Origin: Rickettsiales bacterium | Lineage (GTDB): Bacteria; Pseudomonadota; Alphaproteobacteria; Rickettsiales; UBA3002 | Direction of reading: 5' to 3' | DNA length: 64,000 bases | Assembly (NCBI GenBank): GCA_965247335.1 | Contig: CBDFGU010000009.1 | Span: 1,328,504 to 1,392,503 of the forward strand | In this document: positions 28,045 to 38,300 of the stretch, in pieces | Layout of the letters: every line of letters starts with the position of its first letter | Numbering within the stretch: the first letter of the stretch is position 1 | The notes under the pieces: model-generated | The model's input: only the letters and a program-made list of their open reading frames with translations | Database searches by the model: none | What the model was told of the DNA's origin: nothing | Made by a program: the position numbers and the translations under genes

Positions 28045-30160
28045 AGTTTTTCACGTCGACCAACGCAGGTGCCGGTTCCATCACTGGCAATTTTGGCTCC
28101 ATTTCAGCAAACAGGCGAAGCACCGGCGCACTTACATCCTCAATCAGCGCACGGATGCCGATGAAGCGTACCAATGCATAGAAAAGGGCAGCGCAGTTGA
28201 CACCGACAAAGATGGCCTGCGTAAGCTGCTGGTTCTCGATCGCACTGATCAAGCGACTGATGCCATAGCCGATCATGCCAAGTTCTACCAGATAGTAAAT
28301 GGCAGGTGCGCCGGTGCGACCGAGTACTTTCGGCGTGCGGCCGAATGGAATTTTCTTGCCGGTGAAAATCTGTTCCATTTGTTTCAGCACACCGGCGGCA
28401 ATGACCGGCAACAGCATGAGGTTGAAAGCGGTTACTCGCAATGCATCCGAATAACGGTAGCCACAGATGCGCAGATCACGTGAGAAAAGTAACAGGTAAG
28501 GAATATTCGCATAGATAACGAGTGATGAAGCGAGGCGCGGGCTGAATGTATAGAAGCTGAAGACAGTGAGCATGGCAACGGACAACGATGTCATGGCAAG
28601 GTAATTGAAGCGCATGAGAAACTCGCGCATCAAGCGCAGGTTCTTCGGGGCGCGAATGGCATAATGCAGCAATTTCGGCAGGATGATGAGGCCACCATTC
28701 GCCCAGCGACGGCGCTGGATGAGCAATGAACCGAAATCAGCCGGGCTGGCACTAAAGGTCATCCGCTTGGGATAGTTATAGAGCTTCCAGCCTTTGTGCA
28801 CGAGGTCGATACTAGACTCCGTATCCTCGATGAGGGTGCGGTCTTGGATGTAAACGGTGACAATCTTGCCGTCGACATGCTGGATCTCTTTGATCGCTTC
28901 GAGCGCGGTGGTGCGCAGCATGGCGTTGGCGCCGACCCAGAAACTTGAATCCCAGTAGGTGTAGCCCTGGTGGGTGTGGAACTGTACGTCGATCTGGGCG
29001 CTGGCGATACGTTCGATAGCGGAGCGATAGCCCGGGGTGGCCGAGCACGGCGATTGCGCAACGGCGATACGCGTATTCTCGGGCTTTTCCATGAGATGAA
29101 CGAGGCGCGCGATGTAGTCGTATGTCATCAGGCTGTCGGCATCGATGGTGTTGACGTAATCGGCGGCGGTTATGGTGAAGCTCGCGTCATGCGGCTGGCA
29201 CTCGTGCAGTTCGAGGCCATTCGATGTCTCGACTTCTTTCCACGATTTACCAATAAGCGCCATATAACTGTTAAGGTTCATGGCTTTGTTCGCGTCGTGC
29301 GAAAGGTTCAGATAACGTTTGCGTTCGAAGCTGCTGAACCGCACGGTGAAGAGACCAGCCAAGCGGTTATAGTGGCGGGTGATTTCAAGCGCGTTAGGGA
29401 TGGTGCCATAACGCAACATGGTCGCCTGTTCGCGATGCTGGGCGGCAGGTTGCAGGATAATGGTTTCGATGAAAAACCGCACGTCGCCCGCTAGAGTGGT
29501 AAGCGGTTCGCCGTTGGCCAGATGCAGGGCTTCGTTCTCCAGCCAGTCAGCAGCGTTTTTATAGAGACTGGCGAGCGTTTCAATTTCCTCGGCAATATCA
29601 CTGCCATGGGCGTTGCGGCGAATGACATAAGCATCACGCGCGTCATGAAATATCGTGGCCTGCTGATTGAAGCGTGCTTGTAATTCGTGTGGCAATGCGC
29701 GCGCCTGAGCGAGCAGCGTTTGTTCGCTGTGCGTTTTTGGGTGTTGCGGGTTGTCGATCAGAAGCACGACATTCTTGTTCGGATATTCCGAAAGGGCGGC
29801 CGATAGCATGGTTTGCAACATGATCTGGCGTTCTTCCTTAAACGAGGGAATCAGCACAGTAACATCTGGTGTCGCGCCATCATAGATTGTGCTTACCGCG
29901 TCGAACGACGGCATCTGTTCGCGCATCGGGCGTCTGTAGTGACCGATAAGGCAAACATGATAATGTACAATGGAATAGAAGACGATGGTAAGCGCCGCGA
30001 GATAGACAAGACCGCCGATAAATGGGCCGCTATGCGGGAAAAAATAGCTGTCGTATACCTTATGTACGAACGAATTCGCCAGCATGATATAGAGGCCCAG
30101 AGTGATGAGCAGAGAAAGCGTTGCTACACGTTCTTCACGGCGAAAATTGACAGTCGTCAT
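28031..30160 (-). CDS. Membrane-embedded processive family-2 glycosyltransferase (cellulose/chitin/hyaluronan-synthase-like)
   Basis: 709 aa. N- and C-terminal TM bundles. GT2 signatures VVLLIDNPQHP, NTIDADSL, IEDTESS and the processivity motif QRRRWANG (QxxRW). Confidence 0.8.
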   Translation of the reverse strand: MTTVNFRREERVATLSLLITLGLYIMLANSFVHKVYDSYFFPHSGPFIGGLVYLAALTIVFYSIVHYHVCLIGHYRRPMREQMPSFDAVSTIYDGATPDVTVLIPSFKEERQIMLQTMLSAALSEYPNKNVVLLIDNPQHPKTHSEQTLLAQARALPHELQARFNQQATIFHDARDAYVIRRNAHGSDIAEEIETLASLYKNAADWLENEALHLANGEPLTTLAGDVRFFIETIILQPAAQHREQATMLRYGTIPNALEITRHYNRLAGLFTVRFSSFERKRYLNLSHDANKAMNLNSYMALIGKSWKEVETSNGLELHECQPHDASFTITAADYVNTIDADSLMTYDYIARLVHLMEKPENTRIAVAQSPCSATPGYRSAIERIASAQIDVQFHTHQGYTYWDSSFWVGANAMLRTTALEAIKEIQHVDGKIVTVYIQDRTLIEDTESSIDLVHKGWKLYNYPKRMTFSASPADFGSLLIQRRRWANGGLIILPKLLHYAIRAPKNLRLMREFLMRFNYLAMTSLSVAMLTVFSFYTFSPRLASSLVIYANIPYLLLFSRDLRICGYRYSDALRVTAFNLMLLPVIAAGVLKQMEQIFTGKKIPFGRTPKVLGRTGAPAIYYLVELGMIGYGISRLISAIENQQLTQAIFVGVNCAALFYALVRFIGIRALIEDVSAPVLRLFAEMEPKLPVMEPAPALVDVKNFSEV

Positions 30161-30314
30161 TTAAAAGCCATTCATTTAAAAATGTTACTACTTATCTTCA
30201 AAAAAAGAGCGCGCATAATAAGCAAATTTTTTGCCGTTGCAACATTGCTATTATACTGAATTCTTGAGGATTCTATAGAGACTTTAACGCAGATAGCTGA
30301 AGTGAAGCTGATGG

Positions 30315-30330
30315 CGGCAAAATATTTGCA
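30315..30330 (+). promoter_or_regulatory. Weak candidate sigma54 (-24/-12) promoter upstream of dctA
   Basis: cGGCAAaatatTTGCA has GG (30316-30317) and GC (30328-30329) at the canonical 12-nt offset and matches TGGCAC-N5-TTGCA at 9 of the 11 specified positions. It lies ~215 nt upstream of the dctA ATG. No enhancer-binding protein gene is present in the window. Confidence 0.25.
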
Positions 30331-30545
30331 TAATAAAGATTCAAGGTGGATAACTTAAATCTATGCAACTAGTAGTTGGGTATCACCGACTTAATGCGAA
30401 TACGGGGGAGAAAATTGCGGTTAAGGCATTATTAAGAGTCCCCATTACGCGAGTGGAGAAGCTGCTCGTCCGCGAATTATGCCGCCGCCCGGCTACCTGA
30501 CGAATGGGGATTGCCTAAAGAGTAAAAGCTTCCTACTGTCCAATC

Positions 30546-31790
30546 ATGCGTTGGTTTGGTAAACTTTATGTTCAGGTTTTGATCGGCATTACGCTCGGCG
30601 TAGTACTTGCCGTATACGATCCTGATCTCGGCGTGGCAGTGAGGCCGCTGGGTGACGGATTTATCAAAATTATCAAGATGATTATCGCGCCGGTTATCTT
30701 TTGCACCGTTGTTACCGGTATCGCGCATGTGGGCGACATCAAACGCGCAGGCAAGCTCGGGCTTAAAGCTGTTCTTTATTTCGAAGTGATGACAACGCTC
30801 GCGCTGATCATCGGCCTGCTGATAGGTAATCTTACATCACTCGGCTCAGGGATGCATATCAATCCCAAGACATTGGATGTTGCGTCATTAGGCGACCATC
30901 CGCAGGTAGTCCAGAGTACCGCAGATTTTTTGATGAATCTTATTCCGCAAAGCTTTTTCAGCGGTGTGGTAATGGGCGACATATTACAAACGCTGACCGC
31001 CGCAATTTTATTCGCTTGGGCGTTGACGGGCTTAAAACCTCAGCATCGCGATCCATTGCTCAACACAGTAGAATCGGCGGCTCAGCTTTTCTTCCGCCTC
31101 GTTGAAATTATCATGCATCTCGCACCTGTAGGCGCATTTGGCGCTATAGCCTATACTGTCGGTAAATTAGGGTTTTCCAGTCTCGGTGAACTTGCGCAAC
31201 TGGTGGCGACCTATTTTGCGGCATGCCTCGGATTCATCGTGTTGGTGCTGGCACCTATCCTGCGTCTATTGACGGGTCTGAACGCATTCAAACTCATCCG
31301 CTACATCCGCGATGAATTGCTCATCGTGCTTGGTACTTCATCTTCGGAAACCGTGCTGCCGCGATTGTTGACGAAACTCGAGGCGCTCGGTTGTAAACGG
31401 CAAGTCGTGGGTATGGTGCTGCCGACGGGGTATGCGTTCAACCTTGATGGCACCTCCCTCTACTTCACGTTAGCCCTGGTTTTCCTCGCGAATGCGACGG
31501 GGACATCACTCAGCCTTGATGATCAGATCGGCCTGCTGCTAGTGCTGCTTATCACCTCGAAGGGCTCGGCGGGGGTTACCGGTTCGGGATTTATCGTCCT
31601 AGTGGCGACACTGGCTTCGACGAACAGTATTCCTGTCGCCAGCGCAGCGATTATCCTCGGCATCGATCGCTTCCTTTCCACCGGCCGGGCGCTGACGAAC
31701 GTGGTTGGCAACTGCATCGCGACGCTGGTGATCGCCCGCTGGGAAAAGGAACTGAATATTCCTCAGGCACGTAAGTTGCTCGCACAATAA
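30546..31790 (+). CDS. dctA: C4-dicarboxylate / amino acid:cation symporter (DAACS family)
   Basis: 414 aa. GKLYVQVLIGITLGVVLA start, then FIKIIKMIIAPVIFCTVVTGIA, SSSETVLP and the NLDGTSLY motif, typical of DctA/GltP transporters. Confidence 0.9.
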   Translation: MRWFGKLYVQVLIGITLGVVLAVYDPDLGVAVRPLGDGFIKIIKMIIAPVIFCTVVTGIAHVGDIKRAGKLGLKAVLYFEVMTTLALIIGLLIGNLTSLGSGMHINPKTLDVASLGDHPQVVQSTADFLMNLIPQSFFSGVVMGDILQTLTAAILFAWALTGLKPQHRDPLLNTVESAAQLFFRLVEIIMHLAPVGAFGAIAYTVGKLGFSSLGELAQLVATYFAACLGFIVLVLAPILRLLTGLNAFKLIRYIRDELLIVLGTSSSETVLPRLLTKLEALGCKRQVVGMVLPTGYAFNLDGTSLYFTLALVFLANATGTSLSLDDQIGLLLVLLITSKGSAGVTGSGFIVLVATLASTNSIPVASAAIILGIDRFLSTGRALTNVVGNCIATLVIARWEKELNIPQARKLLAQ

Positions 31791-31819
31791 AAAGAGGGCT
31801 CCTTTACGGAACCCTCTTT
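31791..31819. terminator. Candidate bidirectional terminator hairpin between dctA and the convergent OMP gene
   Basis: AAAGAGGGCTCC / GGAACCCTCTTT stem with loop TTTAC. Flanked by an A-run on one side and a short T-containing run on the other. Confidence 0.5.
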
Positions 31820-31842
31820 CAGATTAGGTTTGTATTCGCTCG

Positions 31843-32361
31843 TTAGAACGCGATGTTCATACCGAGCTCAAGATTGCTGGCATGCGGATCATGGTCATCC
31901 GTGCCGAAGTAACGGTAACCCAGGCGATAGGTGGTATGCGGCATCGATGCGGTGGCAAAATTCACGCCGACCATGCCGTTCCACGCAAATTCACTATCAC
32001 CATCGATTTCGGCATCACCTAGGCCAAGACCGACATACGGGGAGATTTTATAACTCGACATCGTCCACATATTGTTGAAATCATAATACGCGTTACCCAT
32101 GTAGCTCCAGTAGTCGTTGGCGTCACCGCCGCCTGAGGCATCATGGTAACCGACTTCGCCTTCAACGCGGACATTGTTGAAACGGTAGCCGAGATCGACG
32201 TTACCGCCGCCGCCGGTATCCGAATCGCCCATCCAGGTAAGGTCGCCGCTAATGCCGGCATACCATGCTTGGCTTGGGGAGGTTACGGCAAAGCTGGGTG
32301 TTGCAACCAGCGCCGCCGCAAGACCGGCACCGGTAGCAATGGATTTAAGAATTCTTTTCAT
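31843..32361 (-). CDS. Small outer-membrane beta-barrel protein (8-stranded OMP_b-brl type)
   Basis: Signal peptide MKRILKSIATGAGLAAALVATPSFA. Alternating aromatic/Gly beta-strand pattern (GYRF, GEVGY, YVGLGLG, MVGVNF, YRLGYRYF). C-terminal Phe (NIAF). Confidence 0.7.
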   Translation of the reverse strand: MKRILKSIATGAGLAAALVATPSFAVTSPSQAWYAGISGDLTWMGDSDTGGGGNVDLGYRFNNVRVEGEVGYHDASGGGDANDYWSYMGNAYYDFNNMWTMSSYKISPYVGLGLGDAEIDGDSEFAWNGMVGVNFATASMPHTTYRLGYRYFGTDDHDPHASNLELGMNIAF

Positions 32362-32441
32362 TGGATTAGCCTTTCGTTAATTAGGTGGGCGGAAACTAGA
32401 AATACGGCTATAAAAAATACATGAGGATGTAAACTCCGTCA

Positions 32442-33878
32442 TCATGCATCCGCTTTAACAGCAGGGTCAGGTGTCATATTTAGTCCGCGACTGACATTAT
32501 CGCCATCCCCCGGTCTAAGTGTTGCAAAAATTGCTGCGGAAAGAATCGTCATAGCGCCCAAAGCAAGGAAGGCATGGTGCAGCGCACTGACGATGGCTGC
32601 TTGGTCGGATTGAGGCAGGTCACCCAGGAACCAGGCGGCGACGATGGATCCAAAAGCAAGTCCGAAGCTGAGTGAAAGCTGCTGGAAGGCGCTGGCGATC
32701 GTGCTGGCCATACTGGAATCCTTCTGCTCCGTATTCGCATAGGCCATGCTATTCATACTGGAGAATTGCAGGGAATTGAAGAAACCCTGGGCAAGACCGA
32801 GCATAACGATGCAGATAAGCGGGGTGCTGGAATCGATGCATGCAAACAGGCTGATCGTCAGGCCAATCATTAACGTATTGAGCATCAGTACCTTACGATA
32901 GCCTAATGTACGCAGGATGCGCACCGAAAAGAATTTCATGAACATGGCGGCAAGCGCGGCGGGCATCATCAACATGCCGGATTTCCATGCGGGCAGGCCA
33001 AGGCCAAGTTGGTAAAGTAGCGGGAGCAGAAACGGCATACCGCCGACACCAAGACGCGTGATAAAACCACCCACGACTGAGACGCGGAAAGTGCGGATCC
33101 TGAATAACTGAAGACGCAGCAATGGGTATTTTACCCGTTTCGCATGGACGACATACCCAGCCAGTAGGGCCAGCGAGAGAATGAGAAGTGCCGTGAAATG
33201 CCACGTTGAAATCTCATGCTCGCCGAAAATTTCGAGGAGCCACGAAAGTAGCCCCATACCGACGCCGAAGAGCAGGAGACCCATTATATCTAGCGGGTGT
33301 GAAGCATCGCCGCGATAATCCGGCATATGCTTGTAGATAAGGAATTGCGCAAGGATACCGACCGGAACATTGACAAAAAAGATTTCGCGCCATGAAAGGA
33401 AATGCACGATAAGGCCACCGATCGTTGGTCCTAGTAGAGGGCCAATAAGCGCAGGTATGATAACGAAATTCATGGCGGTGAGTAATTCGCTTTTGCTAAA
33501 GGTGCGGATGATAGCGAGGCGCCCGACGGGCATCATCATGGCCGCGCCGACCCCTTGGAGCACGCGTGCACAAATCAGCATCGGTACGTTGACGGACAGG
33601 CCGCACAGGATGGAGGCAAGCGTGAATACAGCGACGGCAATCGAAAACACGCGGCGCGTGCCGAAGCGGTCCGCCATCCACCCGCTAATGGGGATGCACA
33701 CGGCAAGACTGAGGATGTAACTAGCAACGACACCTTTAAGGCTCAGTGGCGTAACGCCGAGGCTGACCGCCATCGAGGGGACAGCCGTGTTGACGATTGT
33801 GGAATCGAGTTGTTCCATGAACAGCGCGGTGGCAACGACCCAGGGCAGGTAGCGTTTGAGCGTAATAGTGTCCATCAT
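32442..33878 (-). CDS. DHA2-family MFS transporter (14-TMS drug:H+ antiporter type)
   Basis: 478 aa, ~14 hydrophobic segments. LDSTIVNTAVPSM near the N-terminus and GWMADRFGTRRVF (motif A-like), typical of EmrB/QacA-family transporters. Confidence 0.85.
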   Translation of the reverse strand: MMDTITLKRYLPWVVATALFMEQLDSTIVNTAVPSMAVSLGVTPLSLKGVVASYILSLAVCIPISGWMADRFGTRRVFSIAVAVFTLASILCGLSVNVPMLICARVLQGVGAAMMMPVGRLAIIRTFSKSELLTAMNFVIIPALIGPLLGPTIGGLIVHFLSWREIFFVNVPVGILAQFLIYKHMPDYRGDASHPLDIMGLLLFGVGMGLLSWLLEIFGEHEISTWHFTALLILSLALLAGYVVHAKRVKYPLLRLQLFRIRTFRVSVVGGFITRLGVGGMPFLLPLLYQLGLGLPAWKSGMLMMPAALAAMFMKFFSVRILRTLGYRKVLMLNTLMIGLTISLFACIDSSTPLICIVMLGLAQGFFNSLQFSSMNSMAYANTEQKDSSMASTIASAFQQLSLSFGLAFGSIVAAWFLGDLPQSDQAAIVSALHHAFLALGAMTILSAAIFATLRPGDGDNVSRGLNMTPDPAVKADA

Positions 33879-33926
33879 AGTCTCAGTTGTGGTGGGATGT
33901 GCTTAAGCGGTGATTGTTTTACAAAA

Positions 33927-34025
33927 ATGACGTAAACATAAGGAACCGATGTGGATGTTCATAAAAACCATTTTATTGCAGAATTTGCCGTACATTCGGC
34001 CATAGTAACGTCATGTAAACGTCAT
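33927..34025. promoter_or_regulatory. Repeated ACGTCAT / ATGACGT motif set in the divergent MFS / mdtA intergenic region
   Basis: ATGACGTAAAC at 33927-33937. Tandem AACGTCAT at 34007-34014 and 34018-34025, an 11-bp register. The first copy is inverted relative to the tandem pair. Confidence 0.3.
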
Positions 34026-34083
34026 ACAAGTCGGTTAGGTTTGTCCACTAAGAGGCAAGCCCATTTTAGGTGCGGTGTAAATT

Positions 34084-35358
34084 ATGCAAGGGACCATGAA
34101 TAGGAAACGTTCAAAGCGCTGGATTATCTGGTTGCTGGTGCTGCTTATGGTCGCTGCTGTGGCGTATTATTTCTTTACCAAACCCAAGGACGACAAGGGA
34201 AATAAAAAACCGCAGGCACCCGTCGTGTTGGCGCCGACCGTACGCAAGGATGTTCCAGTCTATCTCAATGGTCTCGGCACCGTACAGGCTTATAACACCG
34301 TTACCGTACACTCACAGGTGGATGGTCAGCTGATGGTGATCAAATTCCGCGAAGGACAGAACGTCAAAGCCGGGGAAGTACTGGCGCAGATCGACCCTCG
34401 CACGTACAAGGCGGCATTGGATCAGGCAGTGGCGACTAAGGCCAAGGATACAGCTAACCTTGCTAATGCTCAGGTGGACGTCAAACGCTACCAGAAACTC
34501 GGTGATAGCGTGCCGCGCCAGACGCTCGATACACAGGTGGCGACGGTGCGACAGTTGACCGCGCAGGTGGCGGCGGATCAGGCAGCGATCGACAGTGCCG
34601 CAACGCAACTGAGCTACACAACGATTGTTGCCCCGATCTCGGGCCGCACCGGATTGCGCCAAGTGGATGTCGGCAATGTGATTCATAGCGGTGATACGAA
34701 TGGTCTCGTCGTCATTACACAAGTACAGCCGGTGGCGGTGCTATTCAGCCTGCCGCAACAGAATCTCGGTGCCATCAATCAACAGACGAATGAAGGAAAA
34801 ACGCTGCAGGTGGATGCGCTGGCCTCGGACAATTCGACGCTCATTGATCATGGCAAATTGCTGCTAGTGGATAACGAAATCGACCAGACGACCGGAACGA
34901 TCAAATTGAAGGCTGCATTCCCGAATGTGCAGAATCAGCTCTGGCCGGGCGGGTTCGCCAATACGCGCCTGCTATTGACGACCCAGCAAAATGTGCTGAC
35001 CGTGCCGAGCGTTGCGGTCCAACAGGGGCCCAAAGGCGCCTATGTTTTCCTGTACCAAGCCGCGGATAGTACGGTTGCGATGAAACCGGTGACCATCAGT
35101 GCGACACAAAGCACGGACTCCGTGGTAACGGATGGTCTGACCGATGGGGATCAGGTCATCGTTGACGGCATGGCGAAGCTGCAGGATAAGAGCAAGGTGA
35201 CGGTCGGCGGTGACAAAAACGCTGCAGCCACGAATAGTGGCAAGAAAGACAATGCGAGTAAGGATGCCGCAGCAACCGATGCTGGCGGTACGCCATCGGA
35301 TGCCGACAAGACCGGTGGCGGCACTGAAAAGAAACACCACCATAAGCGCGAGAACTAG
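34084..35358 (+). CDS. mdtA: RND efflux periplasmic adaptor (membrane fusion protein), MdtA-like
   Basis: N-terminal TM anchor (WIIWLLVLLMVAAVAYYFF). Lipoyl/beta-barrel MFP motifs (GTVQAYNTVTVHSQVDG, AQIDPR, YTTIVAPISGRTG). Low-complexity K/D/A/G-rich tail. Directly upstream of two RND permease genes. Confidence 0.85.
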   Translation: MQGTMNRKRSKRWIIWLLVLLMVAAVAYYFFTKPKDDKGNKKPQAPVVLAPTVRKDVPVYLNGLGTVQAYNTVTVHSQVDGQLMVIKFREGQNVKAGEVLAQIDPRTYKAALDQAVATKAKDTANLANAQVDVKRYQKLGDSVPRQTLDTQVATVRQLTAQVAADQAAIDSAATQLSYTTIVAPISGRTGLRQVDVGNVIHSGDTNGLVVITQVQPVAVLFSLPQQNLGAINQQTNEGKTLQVDALASDNSTLIDHGKLLLVDNEIDQTTGTIKLKAAFPNVQNQLWPGGFANTRLLLTTQQNVLTVPSVAVQQGPKGAYVFLYQAADSTVAMKPVTISATQSTDSVVTDGLTDGDQVIVDGMAKLQDKSKVTVGGDKNAAATNSGKKDNASKDAAATDAGGTPSDADKTGGGTEKKHHHKREN

Positions 35359-35360
35359 GC

Positions 35361-38300
35361 GTGAACGTCTCGTCTCCGTTCATCGCCCGCCCGGTCGCCA
35401 CCACGCTGCTGGCCGTAGCGGTGCTACTGGGGGGTATGTTCGGCTATCACAAGCTGCCGGTCGCCGCGCTACCGCAAGTAGATTTTCCGACACTCCAAGT
35501 GAATACGCAGTTACCGGGGGCCTCGGCCGAAACGACATCTTCGCTCATCACTGCACCGCTCGAGCGCCAGTTCGGGTTGATTGCAGGGCTGACCTCGATG
35601 CTTTCGACAAGTTCGGAAGGAACCAGTTCCATCACCCTGCAATTTGACCTGTCGAAGGACCTCGATGTCGCGGCGGAGGATGTGCAGGCGGCGATCAATG
35701 CGGCAGGCGGTGTGCTGCCGAAGAATTTGCCGTACCCGCCGAGCTATTCGAAGGTGAACCCGGCCGATCCGCCGATCCTTACATTGGCGCTGACTTCGGA
35801 CACGCTGCCAATGACGGAGGTGAACAACATCGCGGATACGCTCCTGGCGCAGAAATTATCGCAGGTGACAGGGGTCGGCCGCGTCATCACCGAGGGCGGC
35901 CAGCGCCCGGCCTTTCGCATCCAGATCGATCCGGGTCGACTGTCGCAATACGGCATTGGCCTCGAGGATGTGCGTGCCAGCCTTGCTGCTGCCAATGTAA
36001 ACCTGCCCAAAGGCAGCTTCAACGGGCCATTACAAGCCTTGGCACTGGATGTGAACGACCAGATCGAGGACATCGCCACCTACCGCAACATCATCCTTGG
36101 CGTGAATAACGGCAATGTGGTGCATGTGCGTGATGTGGGCGATGTAGTGCAAGGCGTCGAGAATGCACGCGTGGCCGGCTGGGTGAATGGCAAGCCGGCC
36201 GTCATCGTCGATATTCAGCGCCAGCCTGGCGCAAACATTGTGCAAACCGTGCAGAATTTGCAGAAAATGCTGCCACAGTTAAAGAGTTCGATTCCTGCTG
36301 GCATCACAGTGAGTATCCTTGCCGACCGTACGCAAACCATTCGCGCCAGCGTGAAGGACGTGCAGTTCACACTGATGCTCACCATCGGCCTCGTTATTTT
36401 CGTCATTTATCTCTTTCTGCGCTCTGCCCGGGCGACGATTATCCCCGGGATAGCGTTGCCACTGTCGTTAATCGCGACCTTCGGGGTCATGTCTGTGTGC
36501 GGTTTCAGTCTGGACAATCTGTCGCTGATGGCGCTGACCATCTCCGCCGGTTTCGTGGTGGATGACGCCATCGTGATGATCGAGAACATCGTGCGCTATA
36601 TCGAGCAGGGTGAAAAACCACTCGATGCGGCGTTCAAGGGGGCGGCGGAGATCGGCTTTACCGTCATCTCGCTCACCGTATCGCTGATCGCTGTGTTCAT
36701 TCCGCTGCTGTTCATGAGTGGTATCGTTGGTAGGTTGTTTCGTGAATTCGCGCTGACCCTTACCATTGCTGTCATCGTTTCGGCGATCATTTCACTGACG
36801 CTGACGCCGATGATGTGCGGACGCATGCTGAAACAGGGTTCGATCGTCGAGAGCGAAGAGGGCTTCTTTCATCGCATCCAGTTGCGCTACGCCTCGAGTC
36901 TGCAGTGGGTGTTGCGTCATCAGCGCATGACCTTGCTGATTGCGCTGGCAAGCCTGATCGCGACCATCGGCCTCTATATCATCATGCCGAAAGGTTTCCT
37001 GCCCGCCGAGGATACGGGGCAGATCGTAGCGACGACGGATGCAGCACAGACGGTGAGCTTTACTGAAATGGTGCGCCTCCAAGGCAACGCTGCAGAATTG
37101 GCGAAAGCCGATCCGGATGTGGAATCGGTGGCGTCATTCCTCGGCGTCGGTACCACAAACGCAACCGGCAATACAGGTCACCTGACGATCGTACTGAAGC
37201 CGATTGCTGACCGCGGCGGCTCGGCGCAAGACGTTGTTGACCGGCTGAATAAAAAGATGCAGGGACTGACCGGTCTCACCGTGAACATGCAAGCTTCCCA
37301 AGATATCCAGATCGGGGCGCGGGTGAGCCGCACCCAATACCAATACACGCTGACAGACCTTGATGAGAACGAACTGCATGACTGGTCGAACCGACTTCTT
37401 GAGAAGTTGAAGGAAGAGAATGCGCTGGCCGACTTGACGAGCGATGCTTCGGCCGGTGGCTTGAAAGCAGATTTGACGATGGATCGCGACCAGGCATCGC
37501 GTCTTGGCATTCAGCCCGATGTGGTGGACAACACCTTGTACGATGCATTCGGCCAGCGGCAGGTCTCGACAGTTTACAGCCAAGTGAACCAGTATCACGT
37601 CATCCTCGAAGTGGCGCCGCAATACCAGATGGATCCTAAAATTCTAGAAACGCTTTACATCAAATCGACCAATGGCGGGATGGTGCCGCTCGGGGCGTTC
37701 AGCACGTTGCGCATTGTGCCCGCACCACTTGCCATCTCACATCAGGGACAGTTCCCGGCAGTAACGCTGAGTTTCAACCTTGCCCATTGTGCATCGCTCG
37801 ACAAGGCAGTGCGGGCCATTGGTCGGGTGGAGAAAAAACTTGGCATGCCGGATACCATCATCGGCAGTTTCAGTGGTGATGCGGCTGAGTTCCAGTCCTC
37901 GCTGGCCAATGAACCGGCGCTTATTCTTACCGCAATCATCGTCATCTACATCGTGCTCGGTGTATTGTACGAAAGTACTATTCATCCAGTGACGATCCTC
38001 TCGACGCTGCCATCCGCCGGCGTCGGCGCATTGCTGGCGTTGCTGATAACGGGTCAGGATCTTTCCATCGTTGCACTGATCGGCATCATACTGCTGATGG
38101 GGATCGTGAAGAAGAATGCGATTATGATGATCGATTTCGCGTTGGTCGCTGAGCGCGACAAGGGAATGAACGCGACCGATGCCATTTATCAAGCATGCCT
38201 ATTGCGTTTCCGCCCGATCATGATGACGACGATGGCCGCGCTGCTCGGGGCTATTCCACTCGCCATCGATTCCGGGATGGGTGCGGAATTACGGCGCCCA

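Noticed and set aside
30161-30545. 385-bp AT-rich spacer considered as a possible genomic-island junction or sRNA locus
   Set aside because: No flanking direct repeats, no tRNA, integrase or transposase, no terminator-bounded unit and no convincing small ORF. Most simply a shared regulatory region for divergent genes.
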